A DNA stretch of 26,455 nt from a virus (Duplodnaviria > Caudoviricetes): IMG/VR virus record IMGVR_UViG_3300032104_000024, positions 1 through 26,455 of that record. One strand, written 5' to 3'. Below the pieces are notes generated by a model. It made no database searches. It had not been told where the DNA came from and saw only the letters and a program-made list of their open reading frames with translations. Position 1 is the stretch's first letter; every line of letters starts with the position of its first letter. The translations under genes and the position numbers were made by a program. This document shows, in pieces, positions 17,268 to 26,263 of the stretch.

Positions 17268-18278
17268 TTAAACAACACGGGCTTCGTTGCCAGCCAAAGA
17301 ATCTACACGCCGCATAGGAATTCCCTTGAACCTTTCAGTCCAACGCACATCACCAGCAACACTCTCAGAAGTGAGGAAGCTACTAGCTCCATCAACTGCC
17401 ATTTGCTGAGAAACCATTGTAGCAATATCACGAGACATATACCAAGATGCCCGGCCCCTGCTTAAGTTCGGAATTAAACGCATTGCTTGGAACATTGAGT
17501 CGGGAAGATCATCACCTGTAGAGTTATCAGGAATGAGCAAGCTCCTATCAATATTAGCAATACGAACAATATAACGCCAATCTCTAACTGTCAGACCAGC
17601 ATCCCAACGATAATGGGTACGGTAAGCTTCCATCCTGCCGGTATTAGAGCCACCGGAAGCATCCTCAAGCGTAACCACACCCTTGTCAGTAATCTGGAGA
17701 CCAGCCGTAGAGCCCTTCGGAACGATACCGTGGACAGTGTTTGGTCCCCAAACAATTAACCAAATTGAAGCATTATCTACACCAGTACCACCAGTGTCAA
17801 TAATGTTATCTCCATTTTCAGCACTTAAGCTATTGAAACGAGGACTCAAGCCAGTGAAGGCTTCAGGCTCCGTTCCTTCATTTCCGTAGAACAATGTGTC
17901 ACTAACTTCCTGACTCATGCCTTCAATAAAAGCCATATCCTCAGAAAGCCTAAACGCAGCAGTGTTACCATTGAGATCGGCAAGGGCCTTATCAATTTCA
18001 GCATACGCCTCCAACATGCCCGTATTATCAGTAATCTGGGCAGTGGTGGATTTGGTCGGCTGAACACCACCATACATCTTACGCCATGTCGGAGCGGGAA
18101 TACCCGTACGAACAGTGGTACGGTTTCCTGTTTCAAGGTTGCCCTCAACCCAGGTCATATCGTCCAACACCTCATTAGTTTCGTTCAAAATCTCCACCAC
18201 TGTAGCAATCTTACCATCGGGGTCTTTCCTTTTGGCAAGATCGAGCAGGGTAGGATTATTAACGCTTAAAACAGCCAT
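17268..18278 (-). CDS. Major capsid protein (BPP-1 Bbp17 / epsilon15 gp7-like, HK97 fold), 336 aa
   Basis: PTLLDLAKR.DPDGKIA, TVRTGIP.PTWR, FYGN...PEAFTGL.PRF, SIWLIVWG and GLTVRDWRYIVRIANID; strong TAAGGAG RBS. Confidence 0.92.
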   Translation of the reverse strand: MAVLSVNNPTLLDLAKRKDPDGKIATVVEILNETNEVLDDMTWVEGNLETGNRTTVRTGIPAPTWRKMYGGVQPTKSTTAQITDNTGMLEAYAEIDKALADLNGNTAAFRLSEDMAFIEGMSQEVSDTLFYGNEGTEPEAFTGLSPRFNSLSAENGDNIIDTGGTGVDNASIWLIVWGPNTVHGIVPKGSTAGLQITDKGVVTLEDASGGSNTGRMEAYRTHYRWDAGLTVRDWRYIVRIANIDRSLLIPDNSTGDDLPDSMFQAMRLIPNLSRGRASWYMSRDIATMVSQQMAVDGASSFLTSESVAGDVRWTERFKGIPMRRVDSLAGNEARVV

Positions 18279-18290
18279 TATTTATGCTCC

Positions 18291-18905
18291 TTATTTCATA
18301 TCAGGAAAGAGAATCTTTGCTGGGTCTTTAGGACCGCTTGCAGCAGCTCTTCCCGCCATTATGTCATCCTCACTAATACTCTTCCCTATCTTGTAGAGAA
18401 ATCTGACTACCTCAGGATGATTACCCATCCCCGTGTTTTCTAACATTTCAGTGAATGCGTCATTTCCAAATTTCTTGATAGCTGATTTGGCAAACACTAA
18501 GCTTTCATCAAGCTTATCTCCACCAAATGCCTTATCATTTTCTGTACTCTCACGCCATTCCTTTTGCACACCATTCCAACGCTGTTTTAATGTATCTCCA
18601 ACACGGATCATAGCCTTATTCTGTAAATCAACTAGCTTCTGAGCTTTTTCCTGTGACCAATTCTCTTCCTTGGCCAACACCTTAAACTCATCCATAGTTG
18701 CTTTGTCAGTTTCAATGCCTTCTGACAGAGTAAAGTCAGAGTAAGTTTCAGGAGCACCTTCATCCTTAGACTCGTCAGCTTCGCTGCCCTCGTCTTTTGT
18801 TTCAGCCTTCTCCTCTTTCTTTTCTTCTTCTTTATTTTTTACATCCTTATCTTGGACATTCTCTTCTTCTTTATTGTCCTCATTAAGAATTATTTCTTCA
18901 GCCAT
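18291..18905 (-). CDS. Capsid scaffolding protein (Bbp18-like)
   Basis: Likely start is MAEEIILN at 18905. Acidic low-complexity N-terminus, APETYSDF, SQEKAQKLVD and TGMGNHPEVVRFLYKIGKSISED; precedes the capsid gene. Confidence 0.8.
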   Translation of the reverse strand: MAEEIILNEDNKEEENVQDKDVKNKEEEKKEEKAETKDEGSEADESKDEGAPETYSDFTLSEGIETDKATMDEFKVLAKEENWSQEKAQKLVDLQNKAMIRVGDTLKQRWNGVQKEWRESTENDKAFGGDKLDESLVFAKSAIKKFGNDAFTEMLENTGMGNHPEVVRFLYKIGKSISEDDIMAGRAAASGPKDPAKILFPDMK

Positions 18906-19233
18906 TTCTAGCTTCCTTTCGTTGTATTGCTTCTGAACGCATTTCTGTATATGCATTCGGAGATGCATCAAATATATCTTCTATAAGCCTAAGTCCAATC
19001 TGCCTCTTTCCTTCATTAAATATAGTGTAATTATCTCCTGTAAAGGAAATTTTATACACCCCACATTCTTCTAACAGTTTCCACAAGAAGCGTCTTCCAC
19101 CGGCCGAAGAAAGAATTTCTTTCAAATCTTCCTTATTCTGTTCCTTATGAATATGGGCTTTTGTCTTCTTCTTCTTTATCTGCCATTCATCACCAGCATC
19201 GTAAACATGCTCTTCTGGGAGACCGTTAATCAT
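18898..19233 (-). CDS. Bbp19-like conserved phage protein, 111 aa
   Basis: GRRFLWKLLEECG...FNEGKRQIGL motif, located between portal and scaffold. Confidence 0.75.
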   Translation of the reverse strand: MINGLPEEHVYDAGDEWQIKKKKTKAHIHKEQNKEDLKEILSSAGGRRFLWKLLEECGVYKISFTGDNYTIFNEGKRQIGLRLIEDIFDASPNAYTEMRSEAIQRKEARNG

Positions 19234-20875
19234 TCGATTGTCCCGCTTCAGATATGTTCTTAACAGCCTGAGTGCCGCTCTGAGCCGCTGCCGCTTGCTG
19301 TTGCTCTATCTCTGCCTGTACAACAGCTTGCTGCTGTTCAGCTCTCTGCTGCCTAATCTGCTCTACCTCTTCGTCACTTTTAATAATAGACGGAACAGCG
19401 CCAGTCATCTGAGCAAACTGTTTCAATGCCTCATCGGCATCAAACCTATCCAACACCTCTGGCTTAACAGCTGCAAGCTGTCCAGCAAATATAGCACTAC
19501 GCTCAATCGTAGCCACCTCTACAGCTCTCTGAGCTTGTGCTAATGCACTAATATATCTAATGCCAAGATTTTGTCCCTGTAATACACTAGGAGGAGGAGG
19601 AAGAATGCCAGCTCTCACTGTCTGAGCAAAGGTACGATTAATAATCATGCTTAAAAGCTCAAGCTGAAGACGTTGCAAGGGAGGGCCAAGCATTAAAAGA
19701 CGCTCTTCATTTCTCTGCGAAAGTTCAAGTTGATTACGCGGTTGTACCCCACGCATAGCAGAAATAGCCAAGAACAGGTCTACAAAGAATGCTTCATTAA
19801 TTCTTGCTTCTATTCCTTGAATGTCCTGCGCCATCTCAGCCAACCTTGGATCAACTTGGTAAAGGGTGGTGAGGCCCTCTTTAGTGCCATCAGCATCAAA
19901 CACTGTCACACCACCAGGAAGAGCATTAATCGGAACATCACGTAATGTAGGCGGTCCTTTAAGAGGCGGATTTACAAGCTTATCAATTGCCTGAGCCTTA
20001 CGTTTCTCTAATGTCTGAAGGCTTTTTACATCTCCTAATGCAATCATACCTGGGCTATTGGTTCCGTATATATCTTCTCCAGCCAATGCCCAGCGAGAAA
20101 CATGAATAGGAAACTCATCGAACCCGCTCTTCCTTAAAAACTGCTCTTTCTGTATATTCCCCGGCTCAAACCATACACTCCTAAACGGCTTAAACTCTGC
20201 CCCTTCTTTCCTTGTATCTGCATCAATGTTAGCTTCAATAAACTGAACCACAGGAGCCCATACATAATAATTTCCCTTGTCCCAATGCTCACGAACAAAA
20301 TCACTTACATTCTCTTTTCCAAAATCACTTACAATCTGCTTTACTTGAAGCTCATGCTCTAAAGCAAACGTGTCAACAACAAACCTATCGTTCTGAGCAA
20401 TATAATAGGAGCCAAACGTGTGTGTATAGAAACGAGAAACATTCTCAAAATCATCGACATGTGACATAGCACCTGTGCCAAAGAGCAGAAGCTCTCCTAA
20501 CATCACTGGAGCCATATTATATAGATTAGATTCAAGGAAGATAGTACGAATGAGTTGTTCTACATTATACAACCATGCTTTAACATCAGCCGTATTCATC
20601 AAATCGGGATCAAGCGTCTCCAACTTAAACCAAGGGCGTGTAGGAGACATAATCCCTGCAAAAATACCACTCTGTGCAGTTCGATGTGCTTGCGTGGCAC
20701 GAGAATTAATTATTTTTGTATGTCTTTTATTTCCTTTATTCCTATCAGAAATAAAGAAACGTCCACGTCTCGGTTCAATATTTTCACTAAGCTCCTTAGC
20801 ATGGAAAATGAAAGAGCTTCTCTCGATCTTTAGGTCGCTAAGACGCCGCATATAGTCTTCACGTTTATGAGGCAT
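19226..20875 (-). CDS. Portal (head-tail connector) protein, 549 aa
   Basis: SPTRPWFKL, LLFGTG, RW...GEDIYG.SPGM.ALGDVKSLQ, EERLLMLGP and YISALAQAQR, plus a Gln-rich C-terminal helix; T7 gp8/BPP-1 portal type. Confidence 0.92.
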   Translation of the reverse strand: MPHKREDYMRRLSDLKIERSSFIFHAKELSENIEPRRGRFFISDRNKGNKRHTKIINSRATQAHRTAQSGIFAGIMSPTRPWFKLETLDPDLMNTADVKAWLYNVEQLIRTIFLESNLYNMAPVMLGELLLFGTGAMSHVDDFENVSRFYTHTFGSYYIAQNDRFVVDTFALEHELQVKQIVSDFGKENVSDFVREHWDKGNYYVWAPVVQFIEANIDADTRKEGAEFKPFRSVWFEPGNIQKEQFLRKSGFDEFPIHVSRWALAGEDIYGTNSPGMIALGDVKSLQTLEKRKAQAIDKLVNPPLKGPPTLRDVPINALPGGVTVFDADGTKEGLTTLYQVDPRLAEMAQDIQGIEARINEAFFVDLFLAISAMRGVQPRNQLELSQRNEERLLMLGPPLQRLQLELLSMIINRTFAQTVRAGILPPPPSVLQGQNLGIRYISALAQAQRAVEVATIERSAIFAGQLAAVKPEVLDRFDADEALKQFAQMTGAVPSIIKSDEEVEQIRQQRAEQQQAVVQAEIEQQQAAAAQSGTQAVKNISEAGQSND

Positions 20876-20878
20876 TAT

Positions 20879-21172
20879 TTATTGTCCAAGGAGAGACGGA
20901 CGAGCAATGCCGCCTTCATCTAAGCTTGCTAGAAGTGTAGGTTTCCTTTTTACACTCTGTGCATTGGTTGGGGTTCTGGCAAGAGGAGCAGTCTTTGCTT
21001 TCTTTACGGCTTTTTTCTGCCTTGCCTTGGCAGCCTGTGCAGCAATAAATCGATGGCCAGCCTGAGTTGTTTCTTGGACTGATCTTCGAAGAGAAGTATC
21101 AAATGTTATAGGTCCCCCAAGATGTGCGCGCATGTTATCGAATAGGGTACCAAAAAGAAATGCAATTCCCAT
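20879..21172 (-). CDS. Small basic virion protein (pre-portal), paralogue 2, 97 aa
   Basis: Lys-rich KKAVKK segment; ends in GGIARPSLLGQ; occupies the position of T7 gp6.7/gp7.3. Confidence 0.55.
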   Translation of the reverse strand: MGIAFLFGTLFDNMRAHLGGPITFDTSLRRSVQETTQAGHRFIAAQAAKARQKKAVKKAKTAPLARTPTNAQSVKRKPTLLASLDEGGIARPSLLGQ

Positions 21173-21175
21173 TTT

Positions 21176-21502
21176 CTATCTCCCAAGGAGACTAGGACGA
21201 GCAATGCTCTCATCCCCTGCAAGCCCTAATGGACTTGTAAGGATTGTGCCTTGACGTCCAACAGCAACAGCCCTACGCCTACGTGCCCTGTCTTGAGCGT
21301 CTCTTACCTTTGGCTCTGCTGGTGCAGGCTCTTCAGCTAATACAGTTGGAAAAGGAGCTGGAAACCCCCCCTTACCTTTTCCACCAAATATTCCCAACGA
21401 ACTACCAATACTAAAAAGAGTTCCAATAGCACTTATTACACCGAATGTTACAGGGCCACCACTTCTATCTTTCCATATTTGTAACAATATTTGCATTACC
21501 AA
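21176..21502 (-). CDS. Small basic virion protein (pre-portal), paralogue 1 (true start may be 21496)
   Basis: Pro-rich linker, RRRRA..GRQGTILTSPLG, and a C-terminal ARPSLLGR. The TILT...LLG ending is typical of the small gene before podovirus portals. Confidence 0.65.
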   Translation of the reverse strand: MVMQILLQIWKDRSGGPVTFGVISAIGTLFSIGSSLGIFGGKGKGGFPAPFPTVLAEEPAPAEPKVRDAQDRARRRRAVAVGRQGTILTSPLGLAGDESIARPSLLGR

Positions 21503-23967
21503 TCACTTTCAAAAGGGTCATATTCGCTTTGTGCCATCATTGGCTTACGAAAGAATAAATTTCTCATGCTGTCTACACTTATTTCTTGAGCAAATGTAAG
21601 AGCCAATGCATCAGCTATATCAGGACTAGGAACGCCCCTCTCTTTCATAATCTTCTTACTTTCTAAAGTAATTTGCCCATTATCATCGACATTGTATTCT
21701 CTTTGCGTAAGCTGTGTCTTAAGGTCGAGAGAATTAGGAAGGGACAGGCGCAATAGGCTATCTCGCATATTCCCCCACATCTGATCTCCCCAACGTCTGT
21801 ATCGTCTGTCTATCGCTGTCTTACCGAAATTAACATCAATTGGATTGTAGCCAAGACGTCTTAGAATATCCACCGGGCCTGCTCCAAGGCCCCCACCGTC
21901 AATAAATAACCCAGATACATTCTTGCCCTGCATTCTAAAAGAATGCACCATCTCAATAACTTTCTCTGCAACTTGCACATTATCAAGACGATTGTATTTT
22001 CTATATTGCCAGCTCTTCGCATCCATTCCCATACGAGGGAAAATTACAGTGTAGTTGTCACCAAACCTAGCAACATCTACACCTATTAACAACGGATCAT
22101 TCTTATCAGCCACCTGAGAACGGAGCATAGCTCCCAACACCAAATCATCGGAGATGAATTGAACTGAAGCAATAAAAGGAAACACCCCCCTAATCTTCAC
22201 TTTAAACAGATCGCTCTCTTCCCCCCAATCTTCACGAAGCTCTTCTATATAGGGCTTACTTGTGATGTAGACTTCTCTACTGTCGATTTGACGGACGATG
22301 TAGCGATGCCTAGATTTGCCGACACAATTCTCATAAAAATATCCGCTTTTCCGCGTTGGATTGCCGAAGTCGAATGACATAGATTCACCGTCCGTCGCAC
22401 CTCCAAATCGAGCTTCCCATATCTTATCCTCTATACCAGAGTTACCGCTCCATACCACTGTGCCTTCTCTGCGTGTTAAAAGCATTCCAGCCGGAACAGT
22501 AGCACAATAAACCATACCCTTATATGGATGGCGAAAGAAAGTGTTTTTTGTTAACTTTACGCCCTCTCCTGAAGATGAAAGACTAATTACATGCCCGTCT
22601 ACTGAGGAAACAACCCAATGGTCCCCAATCCACTTACGCTGCCCTTTAATATGCCTTATCGTATGCGAACTATTATACCCTGCCAATACGGCTAATGCAT
22701 GAAGATCATCCGCCATTCGCTTAGACGAAGTATAAATAATCCCTCGATTGGGAGACTTCCAATACCCATCTCCTTTAAGATAGGTGAGAAGAAACAGCTT
22801 CATCTGTCTTTGACTAAATTGAAAGAAATATGAAGGAAACGTTTTATTTAAACACCCTTTTCCACATTTAAGGTAGTTAGAAGCTAATTTCCTTTCATAT
22901 ACAAGCCATTGATTATTATGTTTTTTCCACCTAAGACCAAGACGATCCAACAAAGCCGATATTCCTTGATCTTCATTATTTGTAATACCAAACCCATACC
23001 CGCCAGGAATAAGATGTCCTTCCGAAAAATACCAAGCATCTAATATAATTTGATCATCTCTTACATCATAGTCTTTATTAGACCACTTAACAACTCTCGG
23101 CGCAATGCCCCCAGATGTAGAAAGCTTATCCGCTCTCACCTTCTTAGAGACCCCATTTTGGGTTGTTATGTATACTTCATGGTTAGGAGTGATAGAAAAA
23201 GATAACCCCCTCTTCTTAACCTCTAGCATGTTCCCTTCTCTCCATGAAGAATGAAGGGCTATAGGAGATTGCCATCCTTTCGGAGTGATGAGAAGATCAC
23301 TAGGAGAAAGGTGTTGAAAAAGCTTCCATCCTTCTTTCGTTAAAACTTCTGTTCCCTCACGAAAACACGCTTCATCGAAAATGTAAAACGGGGTGGAGTT
23401 GGCAGCATGTAATCCCTGAAAACTTTCAGCATTCTCGGCTCTGCTCGTTAGAGCATCACAACGCCACTTCTGCTTAATATCTTTACTCCCCTTCCTACTC
23501 AAGCTCATATTACCACGACTATTAGTGTATTCCCAAAAATGAGAAGAGAGGGCTAGATGATGCCATTTTGCCATCTCTGCCCATGTCTTCGTCCTAAGCT
23601 GATCTCCAGTGTTAGCTGTTACAACGCCCATAGCTCTTGGGCGTGTATCAAGAATGAATAGAATTAACCAACTCACCATAGCACTCTTTCCTATGCCATG
23701 CCCACTTGCTGTACTAAAACGAATTGGGAGAACAGTGTTATGGCCGTTAAACTTCCTATCCCTTATCTCTTCCCCAAGTTGGTCAAGAAATTCACAAGCC
23801 CATTTATCAGGACCAAATTCGCTTCTAAATCTTGTTTTATATGGCTCTACCAACGGAACCATCTGAATGGAGGGATCGGTACGCCAAGGAAAGATAAACA
23901 TAATATATCCCAACGGATCATCATAGAATTGGCTGATATCCGTTGTTAGTTCCCTATCTGCATCCAT
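21496..23967 (-). CDS. terL: Terminase large subunit, intein-containing precursor (823 aa; 514 aa after splicing)
   Basis: Walker A SGHGIGKS, the FQGLH motif, Walker B FYIFDEA|SG, motif III FGNPT, and RuvC-like nuclease motifs IGVDVARFGD and SPDIADALALTFA. Confidence 0.95.
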   Translation of the reverse strand: MDADRELTTDISQFYDDPLGYIMFIFPWRTDPSIQMVPLVEPYKTRFRSEFGPDKWACEFLDQLGEEIRDRKFNGHNTVLPIRFSTASGHGIGKSAMVSWLILFILDTRPRAMGVVTANTGDQLRTKTWAEMAKWHHLALSSHFWEYTNSRGNMSLSRKGSKDIKQKWRCDALTSRAENAESFQGLHAANSTPFYIFDEACFREGTEVLTKEGWKLFQHLSPSDLLITPKGWQSPIALHSSWREGNMLEVKKRGLSFSITPNHEVYITTQNGVSKKVRADKLSTSGGIAPRVVKWSNKDYDVRDDQIILDAWYFSEGHLIPGGYGFGITNNEDQGISALLDRLGLRWKKHNNQWLVYERKLASNYLKCGKGCLNKTFPSYFFQFSQRQMKLFLLTYLKGDGYWKSPNRGIIYTSSKRMADDLHALAVLAGYNSSHTIRHIKGQRKWIGDHWVVSSVDGHVISLSSSGEGVKLTKNTFFRHPYKGMVYCATVPAGMLLTRREGTVVWSGNSGIEDKIWEARFGGATDGESMSFDFGNPTRKSGYFYENCVGKSRHRYIVRQIDSREVYITSKPYIEELREDWGEESDLFKVKIRGVFPFIASVQFISDDLVLGAMLRSQVADKNDPLLIGVDVARFGDNYTVIFPRMGMDAKSWQYRKYNRLDNVQVAEKVIEMVHSFRMQGKNVSGLFIDGGGLGAGPVDILRRLGYNPIDVNFGKTAIDRRYRRWGDQMWGNMRDSLLRLSLPNSLDLKTQLTQREYNVDDNGQITLESKKIMKERGVPSPDIADALALTFAQEISVDSMRNLFFRKPMMAQSEYDPFESDW
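22441..23367 (-). mobile_element. Intein (309 aa) with LAGLIDADG-type homing endonuclease domain
   Basis: Block A CFREGTEVLTKEGW, block B ITPNHEVY, endonuclease blocks LDAWYFSEG and FLLTYLKGDG, block H TSSKRMADDLHALA, block F YKGMVYCATVP, and block G VVWSGN followed by Ser+1. Confidence 0.93.
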
Positions 23968-24269
23968 TATACTTTATTAAACACCTTACTGTGGTAGAGG
24001 GATTTATATTTCTCTAATGGCCCCCAGAAATAAATGCTACGCCCATCTGGCGTTTTCCCATGTAACACCACCATTACATCACCATCAGCCCACATAAACC
24101 GTTTATATTCACTATCTATTGCAACATCTTCATGCCATTCATAGAAGCATGTTCCATCTTCTATACGCTCAGACATTTCAGTTTCATCAAATCCAATTGA
24201 AATAACATCATCAATTGCCTCTGCTGAATAACATCCAAACAATACAGCGATTACGAATAAAATATTCAT
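23967..24269 (-). CDS. Hypothetical exported protein / possible lipoprotein, 100 aa
   Basis: MNILFVIAVLFG-C resembles a lipobox (AEA is an alternative SPase I site). Coupled to both neighbours by overlapping stop/start codons. Confidence 0.5.
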   Translation of the reverse strand: MNILFVIAVLFGCYSAEAIDDVISIGFDETEMSERIEDGTCFYEWHEDVAIDSEYKRFMWADGDVMVVLHGKTPDGRSIYFWGPLEKYKSLYHSKVFNKV

Positions 24270-24787
24270 TTTTCTTCTGAAAGCTCCTCTCTACGTTTAA
24301 TAAGGGTATCAATAAGGGATTGTTCCATATCAATCTTGGTCTTTTCTTGCCTAACTCCAAGAAGAATAGCAGCTTCCTTAATAGCCCCAATCATATCAGG
24401 AACAGCAATAGAAACATTTGTCTTAGTTCGTTTATATTTCCCACCTTCTCTTGTCGTATCCACTGTAATCTTACGAATAATTTTCCTTAACGAAGGAGAG
24501 AGGTGTTTGAAATTGAGAGAAGGGCGTCCATCCTTGTCCACCTCAATAAGCTCTCCCGGAGATGCCTCAATAATCATCCTTAGCTTATTAAGAAGCCATT
24601 CCCTATCCATGTCTGTTGCTTTTTCCGTCACTCGCATTCTCCGTTCTATCTCTGCCCTCACCTCTGGGTGGGAAAAAACATCTCTTACACTGTGTGTGCT
24701 AAAGCCAGCTCTCGTACAAGCATCCTTCTTAAGAGCCCCTTTCATATAATAATTAATGGCACGTCTATGCCTTATTGATATGGTCAT
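24266..24787 (-). CDS. terS: Terminase small subunit, 173 aa
   Basis: N-terminal HTH-like AINYYM...DACTRAGFS...HPEVRAEIE, then DREWLLNKL and DMIGAIKEAAILLG; upstream of TerL. Confidence 0.75.
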   Translation of the reverse strand: MTISIRHRRAINYYMKGALKKDACTRAGFSTHSVRDVFSHPEVRAEIERRMRVTEKATDMDREWLLNKLRMIIEASPGELIEVDKDGRPSLNFKHLSPSLRKIIRKITVDTTREGGKYKRTKTNVSIAVPDMIGAIKEAAILLGVRQEKTKIDMEQSLIDTLIKRREELSEEK

Positions 24788-25008
24788 TAGAATACCGCGT
24801 CATCACCTTCTGTAAGGTCGATAGAAGTAGCGCAATGATTAGGATCGAACCAATCAAGGATAGGGCAAAGAGCTTTTCCCCAAAGCTTGTCCGCATTACG
24901 CGCTTTCCCAGCTCTCGAAGAGATAGTCTCTTCTGGATCACCTCCAAATAAGGCATTTCCAAACCTATCGAAAGAGATTAGAATGTTAAAAAGCCACTTT
25001 CCCAGCAT
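24787..25008 (-). CDS. Conserved small phage protein of unknown function, 73 aa
   Basis: The motif D.FGNALFGGDPEETISSRAGK...LC.ILDWFDPNHC is one I recognise from many phages; TAATG-coupled to terS. Confidence 0.7.
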   Translation of the reverse strand: MLGKWLFNILISFDRFGNALFGGDPEETISSRAGKARNADKLWGKALCPILDWFDPNHCATSIDLTEGDDAVF

Positions 25009-25088
25009 TACGGTGCATTCCTAACAAAATACACCACTACCAAAAGACTAATTAACCATCCGCTTAGAATCAATATAATGATTGTCAT
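25008..25088 (-). CDS. 26-aa hydrophobic peptide MTIIILILSGWLISLLVVVYFVRNAP
   Basis: AGGTG RBS-like sequence upstream; the stop overlaps the next ATG (TAATG); single transmembrane-like helix. Confidence 0.45.
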   Translation of the reverse strand: MTIIILILSGWLISLLVVVYFVRNAP

Positions 25089-25239
25089 AATAAATACACC
25101 TATGCATTAATCATATCCCAATCATATTCCATTCTTTCTTTTTCCTCCCTTGTTCCTTACACATGGGCAGCTTGCTGTCCATGAATGCATTAGATGATGA
25201 AGAGAATAAGCACATATAAGGAGTAGATGAGCAATACAT

Positions 25240-25500
25240 ACTACTATATACTAAGAATTAGGGTGTTTTGTTAAGAAAAAAAGAAACATTAATATAATAA
25301 TTAAACATTAATATTAAATTGGCATATATGGGAGGGCTCATTTAGTATCTCCTACATATTGTCGATGGGGGCAGTACCCTCCAAAGTCATTTATTTTCAA
25401 AGACTTACAGACAGGAATAGGAATTTCCTCCTAGATATGCAAGAAAGGTGTTCAATTTGATATGAAAGATCATTCATATGTATTTATTAATCAAACAGCT
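25240..25500. promoter_or_regulatory. AT-rich non-coding region upstream of the late operon (likely promoter or packaging-signal region)
   Basis: No substantial ORF, A/T tracts, and a position directly upstream of the terS cluster. Only a weak sigma70-like candidate on the minus strand (TTAACA-N18-TATATA, about 25245-25276). Confidence 0.35.
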
Positions 25501-25558
25501 GTATGAATAATCAGGCTGACGCCCTGATGGGGATGAGTGGAAGGGGCAGGCTGTCTCC

Positions 25559-26041
25559 TTACCATTTGTCCCTATCCTCCCCATGCCTTGGGATGACGAG
25601 CTTATCTAGCCATGTACGCCTTGGTCCGCCTGAGGCGCCATGGGCGGTCTTGAGGGTTGCCTTGTACCTCTCCTGCCTATCCTCGGCCCCTTCGTGCTCT
25701 TGGGCACCCTTGGCAATTGGCACTAAGACAGGGAAGGGGACGGAGAGCTTGCGCCATTGCTTCTTCAGTCTAACGAGTGGGACTGGCTTGTGAACGGACA
25801 ACCATGCTTCAATAGCCTCCCCTTCCCTTGTGAGAGGGATTGGACCATCAGGGAAGGGTGGAAAGGGCGGATCAATCCAAATGGGTATGTAATGCCCCAT
25901 GTGACCTAGCCTCCCGCTTGTGGAAGCTTCCCTTACCAACAATCCGCCAATGTGGATTGCCTTAATCCTTTTAAGCCTCTCAGCTGCTTCCTCTACCCAT
26001 GAAGGATAGATAAGCTCACTTGGGTATGTATTTGCTTCCAT
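25559..26041 (-). CDS. Hypothetical Pro-rich basic protein (may be spurious)
   Basis: Open frame with likely start MEANTYP after AAGGGA; no recognisable motif. Confidence 0.35.
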   Translation of the reverse strand: MEANTYPSELIYPSWVEEAAERLKRIKAIHIGGLLVREASTSGRLGHMGHYIPIWIDPPFPPFPDGPIPLTREGEAIEAWLSVHKPVPLVRLKKQWRKLSVPFPVLVPIAKGAQEHEGAEDRQERYKATLKTAHGASGGPRRTWLDKLVIPRHGEDRDKW

Positions 26042-26263
26042 TGTATATTCCCTTGTATTCAGGTTAGACAATCCAACCCGTGCTTTCCACATAATCAGGA
26101 AAGGGCAGGATACAAGGGAAAACATGAAAATAGGAATAAAAGCCTATTCTAAGCCTATCCTATTGATATTAAAGGAAAATATAATGCCTTGAAATAAATT
26201 TATTCATAGCCATTTATGGGTAGACATATTTCACGGTGTATCCCAACCGATGAGGCTTATGAT

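Noticed and set aside
17246-17290. T7 10A/10B-type capsid frameshift extension
   Set aside because: There is no convincing slippery site, and the next gene has its own strong RBS.
18906-18971. Longer N-termini given by the ORF track (scaffold from 18971, also 2209, 3080, 16082, 26125)
   Set aside because: Most overlap upstream genes, and downstream ATGs with an RBS or stop/start coupling are more plausible starts.
25110-25240. Possible ~42-aa minus-strand ORF upstream of the hydrophobic peptide
   Set aside because: No clear RBS and no recognisable features, so it cannot be supported.
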